Source of the DNA: Candidatus Omnitrophota bacterium
GTDB lineage: Bacteria > Omnitrophota > Gorgyraeia > Zapsychrales > JAHFFX01
Reading direction: 5' to 3'
DNA length: 48,223 bases
Assembly (NCBI GenBank): GCA_023247705.1
Contig: JAHFFY010000005.1
Location: 1-48,223, forward strand
The notes beneath the pieces are model-generated. The model saw only the letters and a list, made by a program, of their open reading frames with translations, searched no databases and was not told the DNA's origin. Position 1 is the first letter of the stretch; every line of letters begins with the position of its first letter. Positions 1 to 8,992 of the stretch are shown here, in pieces. Made by a program: the position numbers and the translations under genes.

Positions 1-25
1 TCAAAACATTTTAATTCACAACGAT

Positions 26-397
26 ATGAAAGCGGTCTTATTAATTTCGCATGGGAGTCATTCGGCAAAAACGAAAGTTGAAGTCGAACAATTAATAAAG
101 AATCTCCGGCAGATGAACGATTCCTGTCTTTGGGATTATGTTTTTTTGGAGATAGAACAGCCTTCGATCTCCGAAGGGATAGAGCGTTGCTTGGAAAAAG
201 GGGCCAACGAGATCGTTATTCTGCTGAACTTTTTGAATTCCGGAAAACATGTCGATGAAGATATTCCCCGCATCATTCGCGAAGCCAAATTGAAAAACCC
301 TAACGCGCGGTTCTATCTTTCTTCTCCGGTCGGGCAGCATCCAAAAATCAAGGAATTGTTCATGGATTTATTTAAGAGTTTAAAAGAAGTCGCTTAG
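26..397 (+). CDS. cbiX: small CbiX/SirB-type sirohydrochlorin chelatase
   Basis: 123 aa. N-terminal LLISHGSH and later NSGKHVDEDIP blocks are typical of short CbiX chelatases. Siroheme supply fits the nearby sulfate assimilation genes. Confidence 0.6.
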   Translation: MKAVLLISHGSHSAKTKVEVEQLIKNLRQMNDSCLWDYVFLEIEQPSISEGIERCLEKGANEIVILLNFLNSGKHVDEDIPRIIREAKLKNPNARFYLSSPVGQHPKIKELFMDLFKSLKEVA

Positions 398-422
398 ATC
401 ATTTTGAAAAATATCCCATCTT

Positions 423-1520
423 ATGAAAGACAAAACATTCGCTCAAAATTTGCTGGCTTGGTACCGCAAAAACGCGCGCGACCTTCCCTGGCGGCGGACA
501 TCAGACCCTTATAAAATTTGGATCTCCGAGATTATGTTGCAGCAGACCACCGTCAACGCGGTGATCCCGTATTATGAGCGGTGGATCAAGGCATTTGCGC
601 GCATTCAGGATGTCGCCGAGGCGGACTTGCAGACGATTTTGACCTATTGGCAGGGGTTGGGTTATTATCAGCGGGCGAAAAATATTCATAAATCCGCGCA
701 AGCGATTTGTCAGCACTATCATGGAAAGATCCCGGATGATCCGTTGATTCTAAAAAAATTACCCGGGTTCGGTCCCTACACGATCGGCGCGGTCTTAAGT
801 ATTGCTTTTTCCAAACGTGTTCCAATCATTGATGCGAATGTCCGCCGGTTTGTCATGCGTTTGCTGGCGATTCAGGGGCACGCTGATCCTTCACAGGATG
901 AAAAGATTTTAGATTTTATCGAGGATGTCATGCCGGTGAAGGCGATGAATTTTTTTAACCAGGCCTTGATGGAAATGGGAGCGCTGGTGTGCCGCAGCAA
1001 TGAGCCGGTTTGTATCTTGTGTCCGGTCAAGTCGAATTGTTTGGCCTATCAAAAAGGTATTCAGGAATTGATTCCTACTGCGAAAGTAAAAGATATCAAA
1101 GACATTCAAGCGGTCATTGCGGTCTTGCAGAAAGGGAATCAGTTTTATATCCAGAAACGACCCTCCAAAGGGCTACTCGCCGATTTATGGGAATTTCCGG
1201 GTGGAAAAATCGAGCGCGGGGAGACTTCTCAACAGGCCTTGGCACGCGAATTGAAGGAAGAATTAAACACCAAGCTTGTTTCGTCAAGCCAAATCATGAA
1301 TGTTCAGCATTTCTACACGGAGTTCCGGGTGAAATTGAATGTGTTTTCCTGCCAGGTCAAAGAGTCTTTGCATAATGATCCAACACACCAATGGGTCACG
1401 CTCGAGGAATTGAAAAAATATCCCATGCCCTCCGGAAGCGCTAAGATCGTTGAGAAATTAAAACAATTGCATGCGCGGTCTTCCCGTGAACAGGCCGAGC
1501 AATTATTGTTAGAGGCTTAA
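423..1520 (+). CDS. mutY: A/G-specific adenine DNA glycosylase MutY
   Basis: HhH-GPD type N-terminal domain (WYRKNARDLPWR, ISEIMLQQT). Fe-S loop CRSNEPVCILCPVKSNC has C-X6-C-X2-C-X5-C spacing. C-terminal NUDIX-like domain (WEFPGGKIERGE). Confidence 0.9.
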   Translation: MKDKTFAQNLLAWYRKNARDLPWRRTSDPYKIWISEIMLQQTTVNAVIPYYERWIKAFARIQDVAEADLQTILTYWQGLGYYQRAKNIHKSAQAICQHYHGKIPDDPLILKKLPGFGPYTIGAVLSIAFSKRVPIIDANVRRFVMRLLAIQGHADPSQDEKILDFIEDVMPVKAMNFFNQALMEMGALVCRSNEPVCILCPVKSNCLAYQKGIQELIPTAKVKDIKDIQAVIAVLQKGNQFYIQKRPSKGLLADLWEFPGGKIERGETSQQALARELKEELNTKLVSSSQIMNVQHFYTEFRVKLNVFSCQVKESLHNDPTHQWVTLEELKKYPMPSGSAKIVEKLKQLHARSSREQAEQLLLEA

Positions 1521-1551
1521 AAGGTAAGAGGGCACAAACACAAATTTTAGG

Positions 1552-1603
1552 TTGACAGGATTTAGAAGACATTGTATTCTTACTATCATTATTAACATAG
1601 TAA
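1552..1603 (+). promoter_or_regulatory. sigma70-like promoter plus inverted-repeat operator candidate upstream of the Rrf2 gene
   Basis: TTGACA (1552-1557), 17-nt spacer, TATTCT (1575-1580). Immediately after comes TTACTAT-N10-ATAGTAA (1580-1586 / 1597-1603), before the ATG at 1620. Confidence 0.3.
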
Positions 1604-1619
1604 TGTATAGTGAGGATCA

Positions 1620-2039
1620 ATGAAAATATCCGCAAAAATTGATTATGCCTGCCGGGCGATTCTGGAATTGGCATTGCATTGGCCGAACCAAAGGCCGTTG
1701 CCGATCAGTCACATTGCCCGCAGACAACATATCCCTATTAAATTCCTGATCCACATTTTGATCAATCTGAAGCAGTTGGGATTGGTGCAAAGCGTACGCG
1801 GAAAAGAGGGGGGGTATACATTAGCGAAAGCTCCTCAGGAAATTAATCTGTTGGAAATTTTTAAGAATTTCAGCGAGACGGAAAGAAGTACTCAACATCA
1901 CAGTAAACGCAACATCGTTTTGGATTTTATCTGGTTGGGAATTAAAGATCAGGCTTATAAAGCCATGCTGGAAACCAATTTTGAAGAAATTGCCAATCGC
2001 GGTCGCGCTTTGGAGAAGACCGTGAGTTTTGAAATCTAG
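1620..2039 (+). CDS. Rrf2 family transcriptional regulator (CymR/IscR-like)
   Basis: Starts MKISAKIDYACRAILELA, a typical Rrf2 winged-helix N-terminus. 139 aa. Directly precedes cysH-cysD-cysN. Confidence 0.8.
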   Translation: MKISAKIDYACRAILELALHWPNQRPLPISHIARRQHIPIKFLIHILINLKQLGLVQSVRGKEGGYTLAKAPQEINLLEIFKNFSETERSTQHHSKRNIVLDFIWLGIKDQAYKAMLETNFEEIANRGRALEKTVSFEI

Positions 2040-2078
2040 TTGGAACGGGTCGAAGATTTTTAAAGACAGGATATATCG

Positions 2079-2810
2079 ATGAACTATTCAGAATTGATTC
2101 AAACATTGAAAATCAAAACACAGGGATTCAACGCCGGGCAAATTATCCAATTTGCCTATCAAGAGTTTAAAGGCAAAATTAATTTTGCCTCCAGCCTAGG
2201 GGAAGAAGATCAGGTTATTACCGATATAATTTCAAAGATAACTCCCGGTATTGAGGTATTTACGCTGGACACGGGAAGACTCTTTCCAGAAACCTACGAT
2301 CTCCTGTCGAAAACGCATAAACGTTATCCCAAGATCAATTTTAAAATTTATTATCCGGACACCAAGAGTGTCGAAGAGATGGTCCGGACCAAAGGCATTA
2401 ATCTTTTTTATGAGAGCGTTGAGAATCGCAAGCTGTGCTGCGGCATCCGCAAAGTCGAACCACTGAAGCGCGCATTGGCCAACGTCGATGCCTGGATCAG
2501 CGGATTGCGCCGAAGCCAATCGGTCACGCGCAGCGATCTGGATGTGTTCGAATGGGACGCGCTCAATCAGAAAATCAAAATCAACCCGCTGATCGATTGG
2601 TCTCTGGAAGATGTTCACAAATATATTAAAGAAAATAAAATTGATGTGAATCCTCTCCATTCCAAAGGTTTTGTCAGCATCGGCTGCGCGCCTTGCACCC
2701 GGGCGATCAAAGCCGGAGAAGACATCCGTTTCGGACGGTGGTGGTGGGAAAATCCGGAACAAAAAGAATGCGGTCTTCACAACAATCCCCGACGGCCCAA
2801 AACGCATTAA
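2079..2810 (+). CDS. cysH: adenylylsulfate (APS) reductase, thioredoxin-dependent, Fe-S type CysH
   Basis: PAPS/APS reductase fold with C-terminal catalytic KECGLH. Carries the CC...CxxC signature (KLCCGIRK and SIGCAPC) that marks Fe-S cluster APS reductases rather than PAPS reductases. Confidence 0.85.
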   Translation: MNYSELIQTLKIKTQGFNAGQIIQFAYQEFKGKINFASSLGEEDQVITDIISKITPGIEVFTLDTGRLFPETYDLLSKTHKRYPKINFKIYYPDTKSVEEMVRTKGINLFYESVENRKLCCGIRKVEPLKRALANVDAWISGLRRSQSVTRSDLDVFEWDALNQKIKINPLIDWSLEDVHKYIKENKIDVNPLHSKGFVSIGCAPCTRAIKAGEDIRFGRWWWENPEQKECGLHNNPRRPKTH

Positions 2811-2862
2811 AAAATTTAGACTGCATATAAAACGGTCCCAAGGAAAGATCAGGAATTAAGAT

Positions 2863-3756
2863 ATGAATAAAACAATGGACAAATTAGATAACTTGGAAGC
2901 CCAGAGTGTTTTTATCCTCCGTGAAGCTTATCGGGAATTTAAAAGTCTCGTGATGCTTTGGTCAATTGGAAAAGACAGCACGGTTCTGTTATGGCTGGCC
3001 CGGAAGGCCTTCTTGGGCCATGTTCCGTTTCCTCTGGTGCATGTGGACACCAGTTTTAAAATTTCCGAGATGATCGCGTATCGCGATAAGTTGGCTTTGC
3101 AATGGAAATTAAATATGATCTATGGCCAAAATAAAGCTACGCTGGACGCCAAAAAAACTTTTCCGGCTGGCGCGATCGATCGTATCAGTTGTTGCAAGGC
3201 GCTTAAGACCGAAGCGTTAAGACACACTTTGGCGGGGGATTGGCCCCGTTATCGTCTCAATCATTCCACTGGCAAATATGAACTGGACACCAACACGGAA
3301 CCTTACACCGGCGTTATTGTCGGAGTACGAGCCGACGAAGAGGGAAGCCGTTCCAAAGAACGCTATTTTTCTCCGCGGGACCGCAACAATGATTGGGATA
3401 TCGGCGATCAGCCGCCAGAATTGTGGAACCAATTCAAAACAGATTTTGCCCCCGGAACCCATTTGAGGATTCATCCTCTTTTGGACTGGACGGAATTAAA
3501 TATCTGGGAATACATTGACCGCGAGAATATCCCGATCACGTCTCTTTATTTTGATCAAGGAGAGGGAAAGAGATATCGCTCTTTAGGTTGCTATCCCTGC
3601 ACGTTTCCGGTTGAATCCACGGCGAAAAATGTGAAAGAAATCGTCGCGGAATTGCGGACAGGAAAATTTGCCAATATCGCCGAACGTTCCGGCCGAGCCC
3701 AGGATAAAGAAGACGGCGGCGGATTAGAGACGTTACGGCGCGATGGTTATATGTAA
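2863..3756 (+). CDS. cysD: sulfate adenylyltransferase subunit 2
   Basis: PP-loop [13 protein letters not shown], 297 aa. End-to-end CysD-like, including the C-terminal [12 protein letters not shown]...RRDGYM tail. Followed by cysN. Confidence 0.9.
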   Translation: MNKTMDKLDNLEAQSVFILREAYREFKSLVMLWSIGKDSTVLLWLARKAFLGHVPFPLVHVDTSFKISEMIAYRDKLALQWKLNMIYGQNKATLDAKKTFPAGAIDRISCCKALKTEALRHTLAGDWPRYRLNHSTGKYELDTNTEPYTGVIVGVRADEEGSRSKERYFSPRDRNNDWDIGDQPPELWNQFKTDFAPGTHLRIHPLLDWTELNIWEYIDRENIPITSLYFDQGEGKRYRSLGCYPCTFPVESTAKNVKEIVAELRTGKFANIAERSGRAQDKEDGGGLETLRRDGYM

Positions 3757-3767
3757 AAAAAGAAGGA

Positions 3768-5624
3768 ATGAACAAGGAAATTCAACGACTTTCGGGTCGT
3801 AGAAATAAAATGAATATGTGTGAAGTACAATTTGAACAGATGAATGTCGTTATAGTCGGCCACGTGGATCACGGAAAAAGCACCTTGATCGGCCGGCTTT
3901 TGGCCGATACAGGATCTCTCCCAAAAGGAAAACTGGAAGAAATCAAAGACCGTTGCCTGCGCAACGCCCGTCCTTTTGAGTATGCTTTTCTTTTGGACGC
4001 GCTCAAAGACGAACAATCGCAAGGGATCACCATTGACACCGCCCGAAGTTTTTTTAAATCCCAAAAACGGGATTACATCATTATCGACGCACCGGGGCAT
4101 ATCGAATTTTTAAAGAACATGATCACCGGAGCGGCCCGCGCGGAGGCCGCGCTTCTGGTGATTGATGCGGCCGAAGGGATCCGCGAGAATTCCAGACGCC
4201 ATGGGTATATGCTTTCCTTGCTCGGGATCAAAAATATCACGGTTTGTGTCAACAAGATGGATTTGGTTGCATATCGCCAGGAAATTTTTGACGAAATTAA
4301 GACGCAATATTCAAAATTTCTGGAAGAAATCAATCTGGAAGCGAATAATTTCATTCCAATCAGTGCTCGCGAAGGCCAAAATATCATTTCTTTATCCAAA
4401 CAAATGTCATGGTATCACGGGAATTCGATCCTGCAACAGTTGGACAGTTTCAGGAAATCCGCTCCCAAAGATGAACAGCCGTTTCGGATGCCGGTCCAGG
4501 ATATTTATAAATTTACCGCGCAAGGGGATGACCGGCGGATTGTCGTGGGGCGTGTTGAGTCCGGGACCATTTCCGTTGGGCAAGAGGTGATCTTTTTTCC
4601 TTCGCAGAAGAGATCAAAGATCAAAAGCATTGAAAGTTTCAACACCACAGCAAAAAAAGAAACATTTGCCGGTCAAAGCACCGGCGTTTGCCTGGAAACG
4701 CAAATTTATATCAGTCCCGGAGAACTGATGTGCCGGGCTCAGGAAGGAAATTTGCCGCACATAAATTCAAAAATACGAACCAATCTTTTTTGGCTGGGCA
4801 AGCAGCCGTTTGTGAAGGAAAAAATTTATAAACTTAAAATTGCGACCCAGCAGGTCCCGGTGGTCTTATCCGAAATCGTCAACGTGATGAATGCCGCCGA
4901 ACTCTCCAAAAGCGCGAAAGCGCACATCGACCGGCACGAAGTGGCGGAATGTGTTTTGGAAACCCTAAAACCCGTCGCCTTTGATAACGTCAATATGATT
5001 CCGGAGACGGGCCGTTTCGTCGTCGTTGATAATTATGAAATCGCCGGTGGCGGAATTATTTTGTCTCCCGTGTTTGATAATCAGTCCAGCCTCAAACAGC
5101 ATATCAACAAACGCGAATTTGAGTGGGAACGCAGCGCGATCACCCCGGAGAACCGGGCCTTCAAATATCAACACAAATCAGCGCTCATCGTTATTACGGG
5201 ACAGATTGATACAGGAAAACAGCGCATCGCCAAAGCACTGGAAGAAAAATTGTTTAATATGGGGAAATTTACTTATTTCCTAGGAATTTCCAACAGGCTT
5301 TCATTGTCGAGTTCCGAACTCAAGGACAAAACTTTGGTCAAATTCGAACATATCCAACAGCTGGGGGAGTTGTCTCATATCCTAACCGATGCGGGACTTA
5401 TTCTGATTACCAGCATTACCGATATCGATGATTCGGATTTGGATACGCTGAGATTTTTGAATAATCCCAATAAAACGCTGGTGGTGAATGTCGGAGAGAA
5501 CAGGTTTTCCAGTGAAAAGATCGACCTTAATCTGGTTGAAAACGAAGAAAGCCAGCTGGCCGTTAATAAAATCGTTGATTTATTGGTGAAGTCCGTTGTC
5601 TTGGATCCGGAATACTTTATTTAG
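3768..5624 (+). CDS. cysN: sulfate adenylyltransferase subunit 1 (CysN GTPase) fused to a degenerate APS-kinase-like domain
   Basis: GTPase motifs [18 protein letters not shown]. The C-terminal ~170 aa aligns to APS kinase, but the P-loop reads GQIDTGKQ instead of GLSGSGKS and LDGDN is replaced by LGISN. Confidence 0.85.
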   Translation: MNKEIQRLSGRRNKMNMCEVQFEQMNVVIVGHVDHGKSTLIGRLLADTGSLPKGKLEEIKDRCLRNARPFEYAFLLDALKDEQSQGITIDTARSFFKSQKRDYIIIDAPGHIEFLKNMITGAARAEAALLVIDAAEGIRENSRRHGYMLSLLGIKNITVCVNKMDLVAYRQEIFDEIKTQYSKFLEEINLEANNFIPISAREGQNIISLSKQMSWYHGNSILQQLDSFRKSAPKDEQPFRMPVQDIYKFTAQGDDRRIVVGRVESGTISVGQEVIFFPSQKRSKIKSIESFNTTAKKETFAGQSTGVCLETQIYISPGELMCRAQEGNLPHINSKIRTNLFWLGKQPFVKEKIYKLKIATQQVPVVLSEIVNVMNAAELSKSAKAHIDRHEVAECVLETLKPVAFDNVNMIPETGRFVVVDNYEIAGGGIILSPVFDNQSSLKQHINKREFEWERSAITPENRAFKYQHKSALIVITGQIDTGKQRIAKALEEKLFNMGKFTYFLGISNRLSLSSSELKDKTLVKFEHIQQLGELSHILTDAGLILITSITDIDDSDLDTLRFLNNPNKTLVVNVGENRFSSEKIDLNLVENEESQLAVNKIVDLLVKSVVLDPEYFI

Positions 5625-5663
5625 CCATCTTCATTGTTCTTTTTGTTTGAATGATGGAAAAGT

Positions 5664-5881
5664 TAGTACTTTGTCAAACCCGTTTTTAATAGTTGATCCC
5701 GCTATCCCTTGACCTGCACCACGGCCATGGCCGTGGGAGCATTGCTCGGGATGGAACCCTCGCATAAGAGGGACGCATTATAAAAGTCCCGAAGGGCAAA
5801 CCAAGGTACCACGGGCATGCCGGTGGGGTTTCATACTTTGAGGGGAATTAACTATTAAAAATAAAATTGCCAAAGTACTAG
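5664..5881. mobile_element. MITE-like palindromic element, copy A, with ~129-bp GC-rich cargo in the central loop
   Basis: Ends TAGTACTTTGTCAAA...TTGCCAAAGTACTA and inner arms TTTTTAATAGTTGAT...AACTATTAAAAA match copies at 15718, 25469 and 44603. The centre (about 5706-5834) is unique to this copy. Confidence 0.6.
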
Positions 5882-5890
5882 ATAAAAATA

Positions 5891-5919
5891 TTGACATAGC
5901 CTGAGTCGAATGTTAATGT
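5891..5919 (+). promoter_or_regulatory. sigma70-like promoter upstream of fur
   Basis: TTGACA (5891-5896), 17-nt spacer, TAATGT (5914-5919), about 35 nt before the fur ATG. The -35 lies 10 nt from the right end of MITE copy A. Confidence 0.35.
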
Positions 5920-5952
5920 GGAAGGCAATTAAGTTTTAATAATACTTATTTT

Positions 5953-6387
5953 ATGCAAACCCCATTGGAATTAGACATATTTGAAGAACACATCGTGCGG
6001 CAAGGTTTAAAGCGGTCGCAAAAACGCGACCGTGTTGTCAAGATTTTCTTAAACAGTGAACAGCATTTGAGCGTCGAAGATCTTTTTCATCTGGTAAAAA
6101 AAGAAGATCCGGCGATCGGTTACACGACCGTATACCGAACGGTCAAACTGATCCTCGATAGTGGCATTGCCGAGACCGTGGATTTCAACGATGGCGTCAA
6201 ACGTTTCGAACGCAAACTGGGGCGCGAGTACCACGCGCATTTTATTTGTACGGAATGCGGGAATAATTTTGAGGTCTTCGATAAAAATATCGAAGATTTA
6301 AGTTCTCGCCTGGCCCATGATCAGGGTTTTTATCCTCAAAAACACCGGTTAGAGATTTTTGGAACGTGCAAAAACTGTAGCCGATAA
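5953..6387 (+). CDS. fur: Fur family transcriptional regulator
   Basis: 144 aa. Winged-helix block HLSVEDLFHLVKKEDPAIGYTTVYRTV, then HAHFICTECG...FGTCKNC (two CxxC pairs forming the structural Zn site). Confidence 0.8.
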   Translation: MQTPLELDIFEEHIVRQGLKRSQKRDRVVKIFLNSEQHLSVEDLFHLVKKEDPAIGYTTVYRTVKLILDSGIAETVDFNDGVKRFERKLGREYHAHFICTECGNNFEVFDKNIEDLSSRLAHDQGFYPQKHRLEIFGTCKNCSR

Positions 6388-6415
6388 AATATTTTTGCAA
6401 TGAAAGTGAGTTGTT

Positions 6416-6736
6416 ATGAAGAGTCCTAAAAAAGAAAATATATCATTATTGCCCCAGGATGCTTCCTTCGGTCGAGCGAAGATCTACAAAACCATCAAAG
6501 TTGTCAAGGAAGATGGTTCCGGGACTGAGATAGATTTTGGCTATCGGGTGAAGCAGTTCAAATGTAAAAACGGTTGCGAACATCATAATCATCTGGTCTG
6601 TGTGATGTGCGGGGAATCGATTTATCTGGATAACATTCCCCTGGAAGATCTTCAGGATCATTTAGCCAAGCAGAATGGGTTTACTCCCAAGAAACATAAT
6701 TTTCAGATCTTCGGATTGTGTAAAAATTGTCGGTAA
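6416..6736 (+). CDS. Fur-like protein with the metal-binding/dimerisation half only
   Basis: C-terminal 65 aa (IDFGYRVKQF..HHNHLVCVMCGESIY...FQIFGLCKNCR) aligns colinearly with the C-terminal half of the adjacent Fur. The N-terminal ~40 aa show no winged-helix pattern. Confidence 0.55.
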   Translation: MKSPKKENISLLPQDASFGRAKIYKTIKVVKEDGSGTEIDFGYRVKQFKCKNGCEHHNHLVCVMCGESIYLDNIPLEDLQDHLAKQNGFTPKKHNFQIFGLCKNCR

Positions 6737-6850
6737 TCCAGTTTTTTGGGTTAAGCGCGGCATCTTTTAAGAAGAGTATTTTTCTTAAAGTTTTTCCATA
6801 GAGGAGGAGGAAAGCTTTAAGATTTTTTTATTTCTGAGAACGGAAAACGA

Positions 6851-7603
6851 ATGCGCATCTTATTAACTAATGATGACGGGATTTATGCTGATGGGATTTT
6901 GGCTTTGTTCAATGAACTTAAAAAAGTGGGAGAAGTGACGGTTGTCGCCCCCGATTCAGAAAAGAGTTCGGTTGGACATGGCATCACGCTTTCCCATCCG
7001 ATTTGGCTAAAGAAGGTTCAGCGGAAATCAAAATTTTTTGGTTACGGTATTAGTGGGACCCCGGCCGATTGTGTCAAATTCGCCACGAACGTTATCCTCA
7101 AGAAAAAACCAGATATCGTTGTCTCCGGGATCAATCTGGGGGCGAATGACGGCTGCAGCGTTTTTTATTCCGGGACAGTCGCTGGCGCAAGGGAAGGGGC
7201 GCTCCTGGGGATCCCGTCTATGGCGATCTCATTAGCGACATTTATCAATCCCGAGTTTAGATATGCCGCACAAGTAGGCGCAAAGTTAACGAAAATTTTA
7301 TTCAGGAACAAACTCGCGAAAGGTGTTTTTCTCAACGTTAATGTCCCCAATGTTTCATCAACGAGAATAAAGGGAATCAAGCTGACCCGGCAAGGCAAGG
7401 TTCCGATCCATGGATCTTTTCAAAAAAGAATTGATCCGAATCTGCGTGATTATTATTGGATGACCGGCAAATGTCCAACAGCTAAAAAGAATTCTGATAT
7501 TGATACTTATGCGCTCCATCAAAACTACGTCACGGTCACGCCGGTCACTTGCGATTTAACCGATGATCAATCGTTAGAGCAACTCAAGGCCTGGAAGCTC
7601 TGA
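6851..7603 (+). CDS. surE: 5'/3'-nucleotidase SurE
   Basis: MRILLTNDDGI start, GINLGAN and SGTVAGA blocks, 250 aa. Confidence 0.9.
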   Translation: MRILLTNDDGIYADGILALFNELKKVGEVTVVAPDSEKSSVGHGITLSHPIWLKKVQRKSKFFGYGISGTPADCVKFATNVILKKKPDIVVSGINLGANDGCSVFYSGTVAGAREGALLGIPSMAISLATFINPEFRYAAQVGAKLTKILFRNKLAKGVFLNVNVPNVSSTRIKGIKLTRQGKVPIHGSFQKRIDPNLRDYYWMTGKCPTAKKNSDIDTYALHQNYVTVTPVTCDLTDDQSLEQLKAWKL

Positions 7604-7777
7604 TTGATCAATTCTCTCAAACATTGCCGGTTTTTTTGCCAAAAATATTTTGATTTTTATTAGCAATCTTTTTATCTTTCCTTTAGAATAACGTCACTTA
7701 AACCTGCAAATTTTTCATCTTTGTGATCAATCTTTTAGAATCGGTTTTGCACGTAAGTATTTGGGGGTTAAAAATTC

Positions 7778-8842
7778 ATGTCCTCTATTAAAGATATCTT
7801 ACAGGCCAAAATTTTAATTGTTGAAGATGATAAGATTAGTTTGCGTATGCTGGAAGATATGCTGCGTAAAGAAGGATATCTGCAGATTTTGGGTTTATCC
7901 GACCCCAGAAAAGCCAGCGACACCTACCAGGAATTCAAGCCCGACCTGATTCTTTTGGATTTAAATATGCCGTATATGGACGGCTTTCAGGTTATGAATC
8001 AACTCAAAGAGTTGGAGAAACAGGACTATCTCCCCATTTTGATGATTACCGAAGAAGAAAATCCCAATATCCGTTTGCGTGCCTTGGAATCGGGCGCGAA
8101 GGATTTCTTAAGTAAACCATATGAACGGGTCGAGGTTTTGGTCCGGATTTATAACATGCTGGAAGTGCGCACACTGCATAATGAGATTCGCAATCAAAAC
8201 AAGATATTAGAAGACCGAGTGACCGAACGTACAAAAGAATTGAAGGCCACGAGGCTCGATGTCATCCGTCGTCTGGCCAAGGCTGCGGAATGCCGCGACT
8301 TGGAAACCGGTCAGCATATCATCCGCATGAGTAAATACGCCACGCGTCTGGCCAGGGAAATAGGGATGGATGATTTTCAATGTGATTTGATTTTAAACGC
8401 CAGCCCACTGCATGATATCGGCAAGATCGCTATCCCAGATAAGATTCTTTTGAAACCAGGGAAACTGGATCCGGAAGAATGGGAGATCATGAAAACGCAT
8501 ACAACTATCGGGGCAAAACTTTTATCCGGAAGCCAATCGACTTTTTTGGAAATGGCCGAGAGCATCGCCTTGACCCACCATGAAAAGTGGGACGGTTCCG
8601 GTTATCCGAACCGATTAGGAGAAAAGGATATCCCGCTGGCCGGACGAATCTGTTGTATCTGCGATGTTTTTGACGCGTTGACTTCGACCCGCCCCTATAA
8701 AAAAGCCTGGTCTCTCGAGGAAGCGGTGACCGAGATCAAACAGCAAAAAGAAAAACATTTTGATCCCGAATTGGTCGACAGCTTTCTGGATATCCTTCCG
8801 GACCTGAAAACGATTAAAGTTGAATATTGCGACAAGGTTTGA
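7778..8842 (+). CDS. response regulator with HD-GYP phosphodiesterase domain (RpfG-like)
   Basis: Receiver domain (ILIVEDD, LLDLNMPYMDG, KP) followed by HD (LHDIGKIAIP) and HHEKWDGSGYP motifs. Confidence 0.85.
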   Translation: MSSIKDILQAKILIVEDDKISLRMLEDMLRKEGYLQILGLSDPRKASDTYQEFKPDLILLDLNMPYMDGFQVMNQLKELEKQDYLPILMITEEENPNIRLRALESGAKDFLSKPYERVEVLVRIYNMLEVRTLHNEIRNQNKILEDRVTERTKELKATRLDVIRRLAKAAECRDLETGQHIIRMSKYATRLAREIGMDDFQCDLILNASPLHDIGKIAIPDKILLKPGKLDPEEWEIMKTHTTIGAKLLSGSQSTFLEMAESIALTHHEKWDGSGYPNRLGEKDIPLAGRICCICDVFDALTSTRPYKKAWSLEEAVTEIKQQKEKHFDPELVDSFLDILPDLKTIKVEYCDKV

Positions 8843-8992
8843 AATAAAGAAAACGCGTCTTCCCAAGCCTTCCTGATGGAGTCTCGCTGCCCAACTCCTG
8901 CCTTGAAATAGGGAGATTTTCATACTATAATAACCCGCGTTTTTATTCTGCTAATTTTTATTAAAATTTTATTTTTCGTCCGTGGAGGTCGC

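Noticed and set aside
5706-5834. Known self-cleaving ribozyme, riboswitch or tRNA-like fold in the GC-rich cargo of MITE copy A.
   Set aside because: I could not find a hammerhead CUGAUGA...GAAA core, a tRNA T-loop (GTTCGAATC-like) or any riboswitch core I recognise. It is kept only as an unclassified structured candidate.
5920-5952. Fur box in the fur leader (TTAATAATACTTATT).
   Set aside because: It has only a weak 5-3-5 AT-rich palindrome. In AT-rich intergenic DNA this is not distinguishable from background without a genome-derived motif.
6740-6800. Intrinsic terminator after the Fur-like gene (CTTTTAAGAA...TTCTTAAAG followed by Ts).
   Set aside because: The stem is AT-rich and imperfect. 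It is too weak to call without folding energies.
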